A stretch of DNA of 64,000 bases from Marsupella aquatica (Eukaryota; Plantae; Marchantiophyta), in the NCBI GenBank assembly GCA_973895155.1, contig OZ316896.1, forward strand, positions 20,838,152-20,902,151, read 5' to 3'. This document shows positions 13,778 to 27,010 of the stretch, piece by piece. Under the pieces are notes generated by a model. The model saw nothing but the letters and a program-made list of their open reading frames with translations, was not told the DNA's origin and ran no database searches. Every line of letters starts with the position of its first letter. Position 1 is the first letter of the stretch. Both the position numbers and the translations under genes were made by a program.

Positions 13778-16254
13778 TTAAGGCGAAGTCAGCACCTCTC
13801 TAACATCCTTCTGCCTGTCAGTTTGTATCATATTTTTAATGAAGTATTCCCCAGCCTTGTATGATGATCTGACCATTGGCCCCGACGCAACATATCGAAA
13901 ACCCTGCAAGAAAAACCTTCGGTTAGGAAATCATGGCTTATAGGATCATCAAAAGGATAGGATAGGTTTCACACCCGCAAGTCAGGATAACCATAGGTCT
14001 GCACTGACTAAAAAGATCAACATAGCAGTGGTGCGAATATGAAGGAAAATGGACAAAAACCAAAATACAGGCAAGACAGTCGAGTTTCTTTCATCACCAT
14101 TGGCCAAGAAAGGAACAAACTAACTAATGCGCGTAACCTATTTACCACCTCTGCTGAATGCAGAAAGTAAAGACACTCTGCATACAAGGACCACTGAAAA
14201 AAGTGGAAGTCATGCGCTTCTACAGCTTATACACGCAGGGCTACATAAGGTTGAAATTTGGAGAGGGGAGCACAAAGAGTACCACATACCAAGTGTTCGC
14301 CATATTCTCTATATTTGTCAAATGCTTCAGGAGTGACAAACTCAGACACCGGCATATGCTTTTTGGTTGGACGCATGTACTGGCCAAAGGTGATCACATC
14401 AACACCAGCTGCCCGCACTTTTTCCATTGTTCTGAGAACCTGAGATGGTGTTTCTCCGCAGCCCAGCATAACAGAAGTTTTTGTCAATGTGCCTGCAGGA
14501 GCCATAGACTTGGCCAGTTTCAACACCTCCACAGATTGCTTGAAGTTGGCTCGATGATCCCGCACAGAACTCTGAAGCTCTTCCACTGTTTCAATGTTGT
14601 GTGCAAACACGTCCAACCCTGACGTGGCCACTCGTTCTACACACTCCGGGTCACCACGAAAATCTGGTACTGGATTGCAAAACAAGGCGATGGACTCAGT
14701 TCAAATGCCGGAAAATGAAAACAGAAGGCATCCGTCAGGTCAGCTACAGAGCTCTTGGATTCAAATCGAGCTCGCCAAGTTGAAAGACAACATGACTATC
14801 CCGGTGCAACCTGATCTTGGACCTCGAACGGTGTGACTACTTTTCACCGGTGGTGTTCATTTGTCACTCATTAGCTCACTCGGAGTGGATTTGGCATCAG
14901 TGCTATTGACATCTAGTCACAATCACGTCATCATCTTTGAACTTTTTTCTTATCCGTCTCAAGCAGACATGTCAACGATCTCTTTATGCCTTACCAAGAG
15001 CCTCCACGAGCATAGAGGGTTTGCGCAACTTCAAAAGCCTCACGGTCTCAGCAAAATGATTGCTTCCCTGGTCTGGAAGATCATCTCTGTCCACGCTGGT
15101 GAGAACCACATAGTCCAATCCCCACGCCACTATCGCCTCCGAGACATTTTCTGGCTCCTTGGGATCTGGAGGTGGCGGAGCGCGAGAGGTCTTGACTGCA
15201 CAAAACCTGTGGCAAAAAAAAAAAAGAGTTACTATGGTGAAAACTCCACCCGCTCCACAAGCAGGCCATTGAGCAGAAATTCGTTCCAAAACTTTCAGTA
15301 GCATCTGGCGGAAATGTCGAAGACAACAATGTATGCATGGAAAAACAATACCACCTTGACAACTGCTCTACGAGACTCTTCTCAAATGAAGGATGTGGAC
15401 GAGTGAATGAATGAATGAATTCCATTGCACTAAGGACCAGGCTGTTGATCTAATATACGTCCGCGGAGGCGAACATATCTTTCTTTTCCTTATGCTTTCC
15501 AACTATTAATGCTCATCAATGACATTCTTTGAGCAACAGGCACCACGGGACCAAACCTAGCATCCACATCAGGACCAATTGGCAAGATGACAGAACGCCC
15601 TCCTCTGAAAAAGTCCAGTATTGTGACGAACAGGCATTTGATCTAATTGAGATGGAGATTTTTAAATGGATTGATGTGGATTCTCTGAATAGGCGGCTGA
15701 ATCGCTGTGAGCAGAACCAACCTACAACCTCAAGTCCAAACAAACAATTGAAGAGATTTCAAGTAAAGATTGAAGGATAGCTGCCTTAGCCCCCCAGTTT
15801 GTGACTGTTGTCAACAAGAGAACGTGAGTAGAACCCACCTACAACCTCGTGTACAAGTGTCGCCAAGTATCATAATAGTCGCCGTGGCCGTCCCTGTCTC
15901 TCCTCCACTCCAACACTCACCAATATTGGGGCATTTCGCCTCCTCACACACCGTGTTCAGCTTCAGACCCCTCAAATCGTTTTTGATGGTGGTGTATTTG
16001 TCCCCTCCAGGAATGACTCTCTTCATCCAATCAGGCTTCGGCCTGCGAGCCTTTTTTGTTCCAACTTCGACGGAATAATCAGACGCATCAAATGCCTGCA
16101 GGAAGTCCTTCAACGTCGGCTCCTCGCTGCTCAGCTTCTCTTGTAACGCAGCCAACTGTGGGCGACTTGTGCTGCCGGATTGCGACGAGACCAGTCTCGC
16201 AAATTTGCTGAGTTCCACGCCGCGGCGGACCAGGGGAGCCAGAAGGGGCTGCAT
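13778..16254 (-). CDS. LIP1: Lipoyl synthase, mitochondrial (radical SAM), 4 exons: 16254-15839, 15206-14995, 14669-14290, 13903-13778; 377 aa
   Basis: LipA motifs [23 protein letters not shown] (across intron 1), [35 protein letters not shown]; all GT-AG junctions join in frame (1134 nt); Arg/Ser-rich N-terminus resembles a transit peptide. Confidence 0.95.
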
Positions 16255-18221
16255 TGTGCCGAAACCTCGCACGGTCCTCGCTCCTAGCTGGCCAGATCTT
16301 CCTCACTCAGCGAGCATCACCAACTCTCAGGAAACTTTTGCCCACACCTGATCGAACAACCAGAATTCGACCTAATTCAGATCAACTCTCAAAGCTTCAT
16401 CACAACGAAGGCCAGACTCACTGGTATCCACAATCCTTAACTTCGAACAATCTTCCAATTGTCACAAACCTAAACACTATCCCACATTATCTGACTGGCC
16501 AGGACCAGAAAGACCTAAAAGCACAGCGACCAGAGAACCTATACACCAAGAGTCAACAACCGTCAAACAATAGAGTATCTTGTGCGAAACCTGAACACAA
16601 TCACACGAGAGCCCCCGCGGACGGATAAAATTCCAGAATTCCCATCCGGATGCCAAAAATCCATCTACCTTTCTCAATGATTGAAAGATTCCGGATAACA
16701 TCCAAAGCGGTGAGCGATGAGACAGTCGCAGCAAGCCAGGTCAATTGCAACGGTAGGCTTCAGTTGTTTATGTCAACTACTCGTCGCAGCACCAAGCATC
16801 TGCACTTGAACTCAATTCCGAAATCCAGCTTCTGATGACAAGAAATAAAACACACGGAGTCAATCCCGCCATGAGAATAGCCGCTGACTGGCCATACGAG
16901 CGATGGTTCCGTCGAGCTCTGACTCTGCTGCTCCACCCACAAGACCACGATCCATCCGCAATGCACACCGAAACAACGACACAAGGTCCCAATTGGCGCA
17001 GAGACAAAGTAAAAGGGAGGAGAACTAAAGCCTAAGAAAGAGGCCTCACATCTAGGAGGGAACCGGGAGCTCCCAGATGGGTATTGAATCATAAGTTTTT
17101 CTTTCTTCAATTATCAGAGTCCAGGTCGTGCTTGGCCAAGACGGTGGCGATCATTCTCTGTTATCTTCCTCTCGTTCGTCTGGCAGCCATAGCCAAAAGC
17201 TGCAGAGAGCTGCACAGCCTCAGAAGCGAAAACGGACTTTCCGCCCACAATTCGCGAGAGTGTCTTTGAAGGTTGACGAAAGGTACTATCACATGGCATA
17301 CATGCTTCTTGTACCCATGCGGATCTTTCGAATGTTGCTATCGGGATTGAATGGGAATGTAATGGTGCTATCGGGATTGAATGGGAATGTAATGGTGCTC
17401 TCGAGATTAATAAGATTTAGGGCCTGCATTCGCGCCGCCCTCGAGACTTGGCGTTACTGGTTCGAGTTCCATGGTCGTCAGCTCCTTTCCTTTTGGTTCA
17501 TCTAACTAATAGTGGCTTATTGTCTAGAGTGAAGGGTTATTCTTTGGCCTATTGTCTGTGTAATTAGTGTCAGGACCAAAAGTTACCTGTGTCTAATCTT
17601 TTCTAGTAAGTGTTACCATTTTTATAACCCTGTGCCCGGAAAGTCTTATCCAATAATCTTTTGTTCCAGACAGGTTTTACATATGATAATGATTGTTTGT
17701 GTTGGGGTTTTAATCTGAAACCTGTTTCCACAAAGCTCAGAAAAATTTCCCTATTGTTGTTAGTCAGCATTTCTTCACTTTCTGGTTACAGGCTACTAAC
17801 AGAGACCAAACAATCATTACCCTATACAAGTGAAGTCTCTGGATAGTGACTCTTAAAAGAGTACATAATGAATGGAATCATATTACCCTTTCCCATTTCT
17901 CCATAATGATGGAATCATATTACCAAGTTCCCACTTCTTTGGAGGGAGGAGTGGGCACACAAGGCACGGAGCACACGCGACCAAGCTGCAGTGGGGAGCC
18001 TCCACCTCACACCAGGCGTGGGGCAGTAATGCACCTCCTGCCTCTTGGTGGGGAGGAGGTTGGCCTTGGCTGACCCTCCACCCTCAGAGTTTCAGCAAGA
18101 GTGACATGCAGGAGGCCGGCCTTCCTCCTTCCCTCCCCCTTTTTTTTTTCTTTAGGTTCACGTGATGGCTGGAGTACCATGGCCGTGTATGGCTGGCTGG
18201 CTGGCTCATGGGTGGTTGTCT

Positions 18222-18455
18222 TTGGTTTAACTGCATGATTTTGCAATCCCTGGTTTCTGTCTGGTCTTGACTATCCTTTGGTTTAACTGCATGATTTTGC
18301 AATCCCTGGTTTCTGTCTGGTCTTGACTATCCTTCATAGAGCAGAGGCAGTTGGTTTTAGGCCCCTAGGCATAATCCACTTTGTGACTAGTCTTGACTAT
18401 CCTTCATAAAGCAAAGGCAGGTGGTTTTAGGCCCCTAAGGATAATGCACTTTGTG
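18222..18455. repeat. Local tandem duplications (~56 bp x2 and ~71 bp x2)
   Basis: TTTGGTTTAACTGCATGATTTTGCAATCCCTGGTTTCTGTCTGGTCTTGACTATCC twice; TCTTGACTATCCTTCATA.AGCA.AGGCAG.TGGTTTTAGGCCCCTA twice. Confidence 0.7.
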
Positions 18456-18949
18456 ACACTCTTGTGCAATTTACTCCATAGCACCAAGCTCTCCAGTTCT
18501 CCGCTTTCCAGTTCTCTGCCCACTAAGGTGTTCGTCTTCTAGGCCACTTAGTGGAATCTTTGGTTGGTTGTTTCCTTCTGGTTGTGGGGGACCCCTTGGC
18601 TTGTTGGCCTCTTTGGTCATCTGTGAACTTTTTCCCTCCCTTCTCCCTTTATTGGGTTACTTTGCCTTTGGGACCCTGATGGGAGTTTTAGTTTCTTTGG
18701 CACTCTTGTATATAAATGAAAGTGAAAGTGTACACAAAAGGTAAAGGTACAAACAAAAAATGGGGATGTGCAGGAGATGAAAGTTAGTAGAGGAGACTCA
18801 GAGCCAGTGCTCTACTGTACTGTAGCACACTCTCATGCAACAGAGTTGACGTCCAACCGATTGAAGAACCGACGGAGCGGATTATGCCACGAAGTGTATG
18901 AACTAATGGGTTCAATGAGCAAAGTGCAGTGCTGCAGTGGTAGATTCTT

Positions 18950-20950
18950 CTAAGGGAGGAGAAGAGAGGGACTCCACGAAGCAACCAGCTGCAATCCATC
19001 GGCGAGATCTTGGCAGGGTTTCAAATATGGAGCAACTTGAGCTATCTCCTTCCCATCCACGTCCTTGTTGAACGGACAGTCAAACTTGGAGACGGGGAAT
19101 TGAAAGCACGCATCCGTGGACTGACCCCGCACACAACTCCTGTTGCTGTCCCCTGGACGGCCACGCTGGAAGTCTATCAGCCATGGAGTCAAACCCCCAA
19201 GCCCTTGTGCTATTTGACCGTATGTTGATTGTGGACTCGTCACAAGCTCATCGACTAGTGACAAACAAATAATCTCCAAAAAGGCCTGATGGTCGCCTTC
19301 CAGATCAAAGGCTTGGAAACCATACTTGGACAGCTGAACAAGCTTCAGGCTCACCCTTTCCCCCTTCTTCTTCTTGAGTGGTTCCTGATACTCCTTCTCC
19401 AAATGCTCCCACAGCCCTGGGAAGAGTGAAGCTATGAAGATGACCAGAGGACCCTCAGTCTGGCTCAACCGTGAGGCAGCAGCTGGATCAGGAATGAGGC
19501 CATGATTCAGACCACATTGGCAGATCCGCTCGTTGACTAGAGTGTTGAGATTTCTATACATTCCAATTCCATCCCTGTACCTCACTTGCATCCCAACCAC
19601 TTTGCTTGCACTATTGAACTCCTTGGTATACATACCTCGCACCCTTCGCCAGATGGAGTCCACCGGAAGGGTCAGCTGGCGGAGAAGGTGTGTCACTGGG
19701 TCCCTGTTGGGAAACAGGTCTTCCAGAACCGGCTGAAAGGTTGGAATGGCAAATAGGTCAGGGAGGAAGTAGAGGCAACCGTTGATGAAATTTATCCATC
19801 TCACTCGCTGAAGACGCTCATGCTCATTGTCACAGAAGAATCTAGAATGGGGACCCCATCCTTCATTGGCTTGAACGTGATGGAAATAAGGGGGGGGCGT
19901 GTTTCCTGACGCGTCTTCTCCGATCATCATCAGTCTCCTTTCCACAAACTGAGCGGTCATTTCCTCCTCCATGCTACTCAATCCATCCCCATTTGCACTT
20001 GAAACAACTTCTGCCTGAATCCTCGCCATTGTGTGTCTCTTCTCCTTTGCTATGCTCTGTGCGTCGAGGATCCTCAATCCATCCTTGTTTGGAGTCTCTG
20101 CATTTTTCACACTCTCATGCTCGACTACCAGTGCCCTGTTGTCCCAATTATCCCAGGCTGTCTGGAACTCGCTTGGCTGGGGCCAGTTCAGATTCGAAGA
20201 GTATGGGAAATCAGAAGGGAGACCCCAAGAGGAGCCAGGGAAAGGCTCACAGAGAAGACTAGGAATGGTGGAATCGGTGTCAATGAGCAGAACTCGTTTG
20301 GTGAGCAAAGCATACTGATAGGCGGAGACCAGCCACAGCAGCCGGTTTCCAACTCCGTGTGTGCCAAACTCAACGACTGCGAATTGACAAGGAGTGCTGC
20401 TTTCGTTGCCTGATTCGAACAGCTTTGTCACGTATTCCATGTTTCCTCCATGAGTGCATGTCCGGTGGAGATTGGCATACTCATTGAACAAAACTTTCCT
20501 GAGAGTGGATGACTTACTTCCCTGCTGGTGGGTAGTCGTTGTGTTGGTGATTAGAGGAAATCTCTTCGGCTTGGTCCACAACCGAAACAGGTGCTGCCTC
20601 CCTGCACATGGGTTGGCTGCATCCCAAGCCTTCCTCCGCTCTAGGGACAGAACAGAGTTTGGCACTCCTCCTGCCGCTGCTATGGCCGCCCGCGTTTCCT
20701 CCACGAGAAGCCATCCAGGGGATCCCCCTGACTCCCCCAACTCCTCTTCGGCGTCTTGACGAATGAGAAATGCCTCCCAAGGATCGGCAGTCTCGACGTC
20801 GTCCTGAATTCTCCCCTCCCGAAGCGCTCCGTTGAAAACCAAGCAGAGGACGAGGCAGAGGAGCATCATGAGAGCCAAAGCTCGTCGCCTGCTGAACCGC
20901 AACAGGAATGGGCTAACGTTTATCCTTTTCATGCATTTGTTAAACGTCAT
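18950..20950 (-). CDS. GT37 (xyloglucan/AGP-type) alpha-1,2-fucosyltransferase family protein, single exon; first ATG at 20950
   Basis: N-terminal type II membrane anchor; GVGNRLLWLVSAYQYALLTKRVLLID, LLCEPFPGSSW, FFCD, VGMQVR and LVTSPQSTYGQIAQGLGGLTPW match the FUT1-family pattern. Confidence 0.9.
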   Translation of the reverse strand: MTFNKCMKRINVSPFLLRFSRRRALALMMLLCLVLCLVFNGALREGRIQDDVETADPWEAFLIRQDAEEELGESGGSPGWLLVEETRAAIAAAGGVPNSVLSLERRKAWDAANPCAGRQHLFRLWTKPKRFPLITNTTTTHQQGSKSSTLRKVLFNEYANLHRTCTHGGNMEYVTKLFESGNESSTPCQFAVVEFGTHGVGNRLLWLVSAYQYALLTKRVLLIDTDSTIPSLLCEPFPGSSWGLPSDFPYSSNLNWPQPSEFQTAWDNWDNRALVVEHESVKNAETPNKDGLRILDAQSIAKEKRHTMARIQAEVVSSANGDGLSSMEEEMTAQFVERRLMMIGEDASGNTPPPYFHHVQANEGWGPHSRFFCDNEHERLQRVRWINFINGCLYFLPDLFAIPTFQPVLEDLFPNRDPVTHLLRQLTLPVDSIWRRVRGMYTKEFNSASKVVGMQVRYRDGIGMYRNLNTLVNERICQCGLNHGLIPDPAAASRLSQTEGPLVIFIASLFPGLWEHLEKEYQEPLKKKKGERVSLKLVQLSKYGFQAFDLEGDHQAFLEIICLSLVDELVTSPQSTYGQIAQGLGGLTPWLIDFQRGRPGDSNRSCVRGQSTDACFQFPVSKFDCPFNKDVDGKEIAQVAPYLKPCQDLADGLQLVASWSPSLLLP

Positions 20951-23164
20951 TTTGAAGTCGCCCACCTGCCAAATCACACGAGTGCTACCCCTAGCGCCTA
21001 CGAAATTCTCGTTCTAGTATTACTGATGATTCCCAAGGCAAATTTGGTAGCGTTGCGTGAATACCCCCATTGTTTCTTCCCGGCAGGGCAGTTTCTCACG
21101 GGTGCTGTACTGTCAGCTGGCAGTAAGATGGCAGTCCTGCACTTAGATTCAGAAACGCTCAAAAAATCCTGTCCTTGGAACGTAACAGAAACTCCTCAAA
21201 GATTTGGGCCAAAGCTACCGGACTCGTCTGCATAGTTACAATAATTTTGGGTTAGTTAATTCAGTCCACAGCAAATCTCTCCGTTCCTGCGAGTGTACAC
21301 CAAAATACTGTTTCCACATTTGTCTCAGTCATGCACAGACTACGTGCCAGGTACAGTTCAGAAAAATTGAGTGGTTTTCGTGCGCTATGATATGCTGAAC
21401 TTAAATTTCCTCCATTAGCTGAATTTCTCTCCTTGCATTCTTAGCATATTTATGCATCGACTTTTGAAATAGAGGAATCCCTGGTGAGAACAAACCTCCA
21501 AAGGAATCCATCCGTGTCGATCTAACCAGCGTTCAGCTTCAGCTGACGCCATGCCGACTCTGAAGGTTGATTTACAGCAAGTTGGAATGACCTAAATAGG
21601 ACGTTTAGTCTGCAATCCATCACGTCCATCGATAAAATATAGGCAAATCATCACTTTCAGAGCCCAATGACGGCATGTGTCCGCTTTCACAGCTTCTAAT
21701 ATCAGACAAATCCCGGGTGCCATCATATTCATCCTTCAAGCTTAGCATTCTCACAGACAGGACCCTAAAATTGACTACAGCGCCTCCTGTTCCATTCGAA
21801 CTCCATGAAGTCAGCATATAACTAAACGGTGTGGAGGAAGATTGAAAAAAAACCATCCTACAATATGGAGCAGAACTGTTAAAACAAATTAAACAAAATC
21901 GTTTATAAATTTAAAAAATTGATTCAATTATCGATATCATTACACGCAAAAGCGTCGTTGAAAAAAACTAGCAAAGCCTGATCCGACATAGTGAATCGAT
22001 GTTAAGGGTAGAATGCCTGTAACTAGAACATTGAACGGAAAACTATACAGAGGGCCCGACAGCATTGGAGATAGGGGAGAGACGTGCAATTCACACAGGC
22101 CCGATGCGAAATTCCGGGTGATCTAGCAACTAACCTGCTGAACGAAATCCAATAACTGATAGATTCATGGATTCAACGACGCGGGTGGCAGAAGCCTGAT
22201 CCGCAGAATCCTGATCCACTGATGATTTTGAGCAAAAGATTTATCCTGTCCTAACCTAGAAAGGATCCTCTGCCCTGCAGCCCACAACAGGCCCTCAACG
22301 ACAACAAAAAATATCTCCAATTCCCGCGCAGCATCGCCCCAGCCGGCCATCCCTACCCTGTTCAGTACATGACGTCCACGTTCGTTTCCATTCGAACTTC
22401 CACTGCTTCTCGCTCCATAGTCTGTCCATGGGCGTTTGTCTATCTACTCTGTAACCCTCCTTGTCATGCCTCCGAACGAAATCATCAAATCTCGGAACGC
22501 CGTTCCTCTCTCTCGCCCTCTTCGTCAGTCGGAGTAACGTGAGCAGCACCCTCTCACCTCCTTCCGCGAGAATGGAAAACAAATAATCCCGCCAAGCCAC
22601 ACTTCTTCGCGCAATGGCACTGAACCCGACCAACTCAGCGTGTCCTGCACCCCAAAGCAATTCCCATTCTTGTACATTTCGAAGGATTTTCTCTTCACCT
22701 CCCAATACTCCTCACTCCCCTCGCCTCTCTAGAATCCATCTCCGGGTGTCTCTCTCTCTGTGTCGTTGTGCTCCGAATCGTGAATGCACCAAGCCAGTTC
22801 TCCACTCATCCTCTGCTCCACCTCGATTCTCCTGTTCTTTACTAGAGAACTCTGCCTCTGGATCCCTCGGCTCTCGTCTGTGAAGCTTTGGGAGCTCAAT
22901 TGAATTCCAATCCAACACATCAAATTTCTCCTTCGGCCCTCCTCATGGACCTACTGTAAAGGAGAGAGGACACAGGACGGCGGAGAAATCCATGAGGTTC
23001 GACAAATTCAGCAATCATCATAGATGACGACTCGTCGACAAGCAGTCAGGCATATTCCATGCACGGAGAGTTAGCTGGGTAGCAATAGGCGGTGCAGAAT
23101 GGGCACCTTAGTTTATTAAAGTTTTATTTTGGTTTTAGCTAGGGTGTCCAATGTGAGAATCTAA

Positions 23165-23499
23165 GGGCTGTCTTGCATGTGCAAGAGTCCTCAAAAAAGT
23201 GGCCCTTACCAGCCCACAAATGTAGGGAAAAGTGCAAACCAAATCTACCAGGAGTGGGGAGCAGATACAGGGGAAAAACGTCCAGAAGTCTAGGTCGAAG
23301 ACGACGTGTTATGTCTACCATTTTGTTTTATTATGATTTGAAGGTTGGGGACCTCAAGGGCCGGAAATTTTCCGGCCCTTGCCCTTGCAACTCCACCAAA
23401 GATGGCGTCAAGACTGCCGAACTGTCGCTTGATTAAAAAAAGGCCACGGGTTCATTTCAGGGCCGGAAACCAAAAGACCTTGTACATGCAAGACGGCCC
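23165..23499. mobile_element. Tourist-like (PIF/Harbinger) MITE, 335 bp
   Basis: TIR GGGCTGTCTTGCATGTGCAAG / rc GGGCCGTCTTGCATGTACAAG; TAA TSD at 23162-23164 and 23500-23502. Confidence 0.8.
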
Positions 23500-23729
23500 T
23501 AAAGCCCTGATGGACCCAGACATTCTCCTGCATGCCTAACCCCAGGGACTGCAAAAAGTGATTGTTGCTTTAATCAAAAGCAAAGGGAGCAGATAGTAGT
23601 TGACTACTTTTGGCTACCTGGTGGAGAAAATAGTCAACACATCCTTTTTGAAAATGGTCTCTTTTCAATGTAATGTAGTCTGAATGGCTTAGCAACTTTA
23701 TTTTATTTTTATTTTTTAATTATTGTTTT

Positions 23730-24503
23730 CAAAAAACAAAACCTTTATTTCAATGGGAAAAAACAAGGCGCCAGCCTAGAGGAGGAGACAAGAAAGGACC
23801 AAAAGGACCAAAATAAGGGGGCTAAGAGAGGGAGCACCCTAGAGAGAAGAGAGAGGGCCAAACTAAACCAGTACGCCTAATGGGAGGAGACGAAGGAGTG
23901 AGGAGAAGATGACCCCAGGAAGCGGAATGATGTCTGCCACCAAACTGAACCTAAATGATGAGAAAGACTAAAGGAAGGATGAGACACAACCATAGCCAGA
24001 AATCCTGCTAGAAACAGCCTAAGCTAGCCGCTTTCCCCATTCTCCAAGTCAAAGCTGCCACTTGCAAATTCCGCACCACCAACCACACCTCTAACATCCA
24101 AAGGACATCCACCAAACCATACTAGAAGAAAGTTCAGAACATAACTCTGGGCCTTCCAGGGCCCCAACATCAAAGAGAGAGCCTCCTGCCAATGTCTCCT
24201 CCCATCACAACCTTTGTGCACCTCAGGGAAGATTATAGAGGTCAGCCTGATATATCATTTTGTGCTCTTGCAACAGGACCCTGGGAAGGGCCATGGGCTA
24301 AATCAAGAACCCGCTACCAAAGAGGAGTGTAGTCAAATCCGGTAACTTGATCAGCCATCCATCCTGCAGAGAGAAAGCAACTTTTCACCAAGTCCAAGAA
24401 TGACCAGGAAAGATAGATACCGCATGGGCTCCAGATAATCAGGAGAGAAAAAGGAGATTTCCGGATTTCCAGATATCAGAGACAAAAAATGCCGTAGAAA
24501 TAT
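23730..24503 (-). mobile_element. Probable degenerate LINE 3' fragment, target of the Pangu-like insertion (may continue at ~30633-30800)
   Basis: Broken zf-RVT-like C..C...EETL..LF and LW..W..RN-like residues on the minus strand, followed by AATAAA. Confidence 0.35.
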
Positions 24504-24784
24504 ATTAGGGCATCTCAAATATGGTTTTTTATTGGATCTTTCGGGCCGCCCGCAAGGCACTCGAGTCACCCGCAACATGCTACTACCGGGCAACTATCTT
24601 GAAGGGTCATGAAATATGAGACGGGTCGCGGTTGAATATGCAACTGGGTTGCCCCCGTAACTGCGTCGTGGGTGCTCATGCAAGTTGGTTTCCACCTACT
24701 GCGGTTAACCATACATAGACAACGTCGACGCCTCACTCTGCTCCCCCCCTCAAATTTTTGAACGCGCCGACAATTACAAGCTCC

Positions 24785-26414
24785 ATGAATGCTTTGGACG
24801 AATGCAGCGACATTTCAAATTGGCATTCCCTCGCTCAATTTGGGGCTGAGCCTGAATTCCGCAGGATTGACATTACAACAGCAAAAATGGCAAGCACAAT
24901 AGGCATTTCTCCTGGCAGATCTGAGGTGAACAATCTTGATTTTCCTCCTCCGCATCAGTCCCGTTGTTCACATTTTGAGAGCGTTATTCCTGACTCCCAA
25001 CTTCCTGAATCGCTCCTCGACATGGTGCCACCAGCTTCTGCCATGGCTCCAGGTGGGGACAATCGTAAGCTGTTGCCAGTGCACCTTGCTCACATCGTGG
25101 ATTGGCTAGAAGTGCCAGAGAACTTTGCTATGCTCAATGGGACCAGTAGCCGCCCTTCTGTTACTGGCAAACATCCGCCAAAGAAGACTGTGTTTAAAAA
25201 GATGCTTATCTACCTCCATGACGTTGGTTTTCCTAAATTTGTCGCCACAGGAGATAACCTTGGGAAACGGTTTCAACGTTTCATAAAAAAGTACAAGGAG
25301 GCCCTGGCGATGAAGCAAGACTCTGGTGCAGGATTAACAGATGCTGAATTGAGACAAGGTCTTACACTGGCAGATAAGTATGAGAAGGTGTGTCCCCATT
25401 TCGAGCGCATGCATGCAATCTATGGGGAGAGAGCAAATGTGTCACCTCCCAGCACAGCCGCATGTGGGTTACAAGGGCATCAAGAACTATACGTTGATGA
25501 GGGTTCGGATGACGATGAGCTTCCTGAATCATCATTTCCAATCCACAATGACCTGGAACTACCACAATTTAGGTAAGTTTATGTCTTTCTCTTTTGCCTT
25601 TAGAGCATCATGATCATTTTTCGGCAATCATAGCTGGATGTTTGCCAAAATTGGATTGTACACAAAATGGACTGTGAGTAGTTATATAATTGGGTTTCAT
25701 TTTTCACTCTATGCAACCGACCACAATTTCCAGTTTGCTCAAACCATCTCCGAAGATGACGTCGAAGGCGGTCCACCTCCTGCTGGAGGCAACACCTCAG
25801 TTGATGAATCGCTGCCCAATACTCCAACTGAGACTCAATCGCAGCCTGCATCAAATTGTCCTAATGTGGAAGAACCAGTCCCAACTCCAACTTCCAACCC
25901 GGCATCCGCACCCACACGACCACACGGTAGGAGCAGAGGCACGACATCTGCTCATCCAACCATCACACAAGAGCGAGGTAGTGTACGACCTCGGCAAGGC
26001 AAGAGGCCATCGCCCACACAGGCTAGCTCTAGGCCCGATCTAGCTGAGGTGTATGTTGAGAAATTGCAAGACAAGAATGCTTTCAGAATTCAGATGATTG
26101 ATGCAAGGGACAGATGGAAAGCTCAAGAAATTGCTGACAGGAAAGAGGCCAGAGAATCAGAAGCATTCAAGGAAAAGATTATGATGGATGCCAAATCGGC
26201 AGAGTTGGCTAAAAGGGATCGGATTCAACGTAGACAAGAAGAAAAACGAGCAAGAATTGACCTTCATCATCAGCTGGCTATCATCAAAGCCCAGCAAGCA
26301 ACAGTGCTATTAACAGAGATTCTCAAGCAAGACAAGGGGCCTGATCACTTTAAGATAATGATGGGTATTATACATGCTGGAACTACGATTGCCCCAGATG
26401 GGTCAATCCCATAG
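24785..26414 (+). CDS. Transposon accessory Myb/SANT(trihelix)-like DNA-binding protein; exons 24785-25572 and 25634-26414 (possible further 60-nt intron 25674-25733)
   Basis: IVDWLEVPENF...KKYKEA...SGAGLTD...EKVCPHFERMHAIYGERANV resembles Harbinger ORF2 proteins; acidic/Pro-rich linker and C-terminal coiled coil; a GTAAG...TAG intron joins the two ORFs in frame. Confidence 0.7.
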
Positions 26415-27010
26415 TTGTATTTACTTTGTTGTTGTAGTAATAGTAGTAGTAGTAGTTACTGCTGCTATTATTGCCAACAGCTTGTACAAAAATCTACCGG
26501 ATCCAAGACCTCAGTTTTGCTCCATGGCCGAGTGGATGTCATTGGTAATAAAGGGGCCCAAGAAATTTCCTATATCAATTCAATTGATCCCTATGTGTTA
26601 TATGGTTTACGATTTTTGTCAGAATTTTTGCTTTGACTGAGGAAATCTGTCACTGAGGCAAACGAAGTGACAAATGCAAAATCGTGCAAAGGCAAAACCT
26701 ATCTGTAGGAGCGTTGTCATAACACAAAAATGAGGCATCAATGAACGTGAACTGTCCATTGAAAAAACACAGCATGAACTCGTAGGGCAGTGAGCCAGTG
26801 TTAGGGAAAAAAACTGTCGAACAACTTCGACTCTTTCCATTCATGAAATCAAAATTACATGTTCAAAATCTACCAGATTGGATAAGCTGCTATGTGCCAT
26901 TGCAATCTCCAACGAATGAGGAGTAAAAATCCAGAACTGGGGTAGGGGCAGAGGCCCTTCTAGAACGGATAACTACGTAATGCGCAAGGAAACCTGGCCT
27001 ATTGTCTGAT

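Noticed and set aside
17500-18720. LINE 3' remnant, partly similar in reverse to ~430-530
   Set aside because: Only a short nucleotide similarity and no convincing RT or zinc-finger motif
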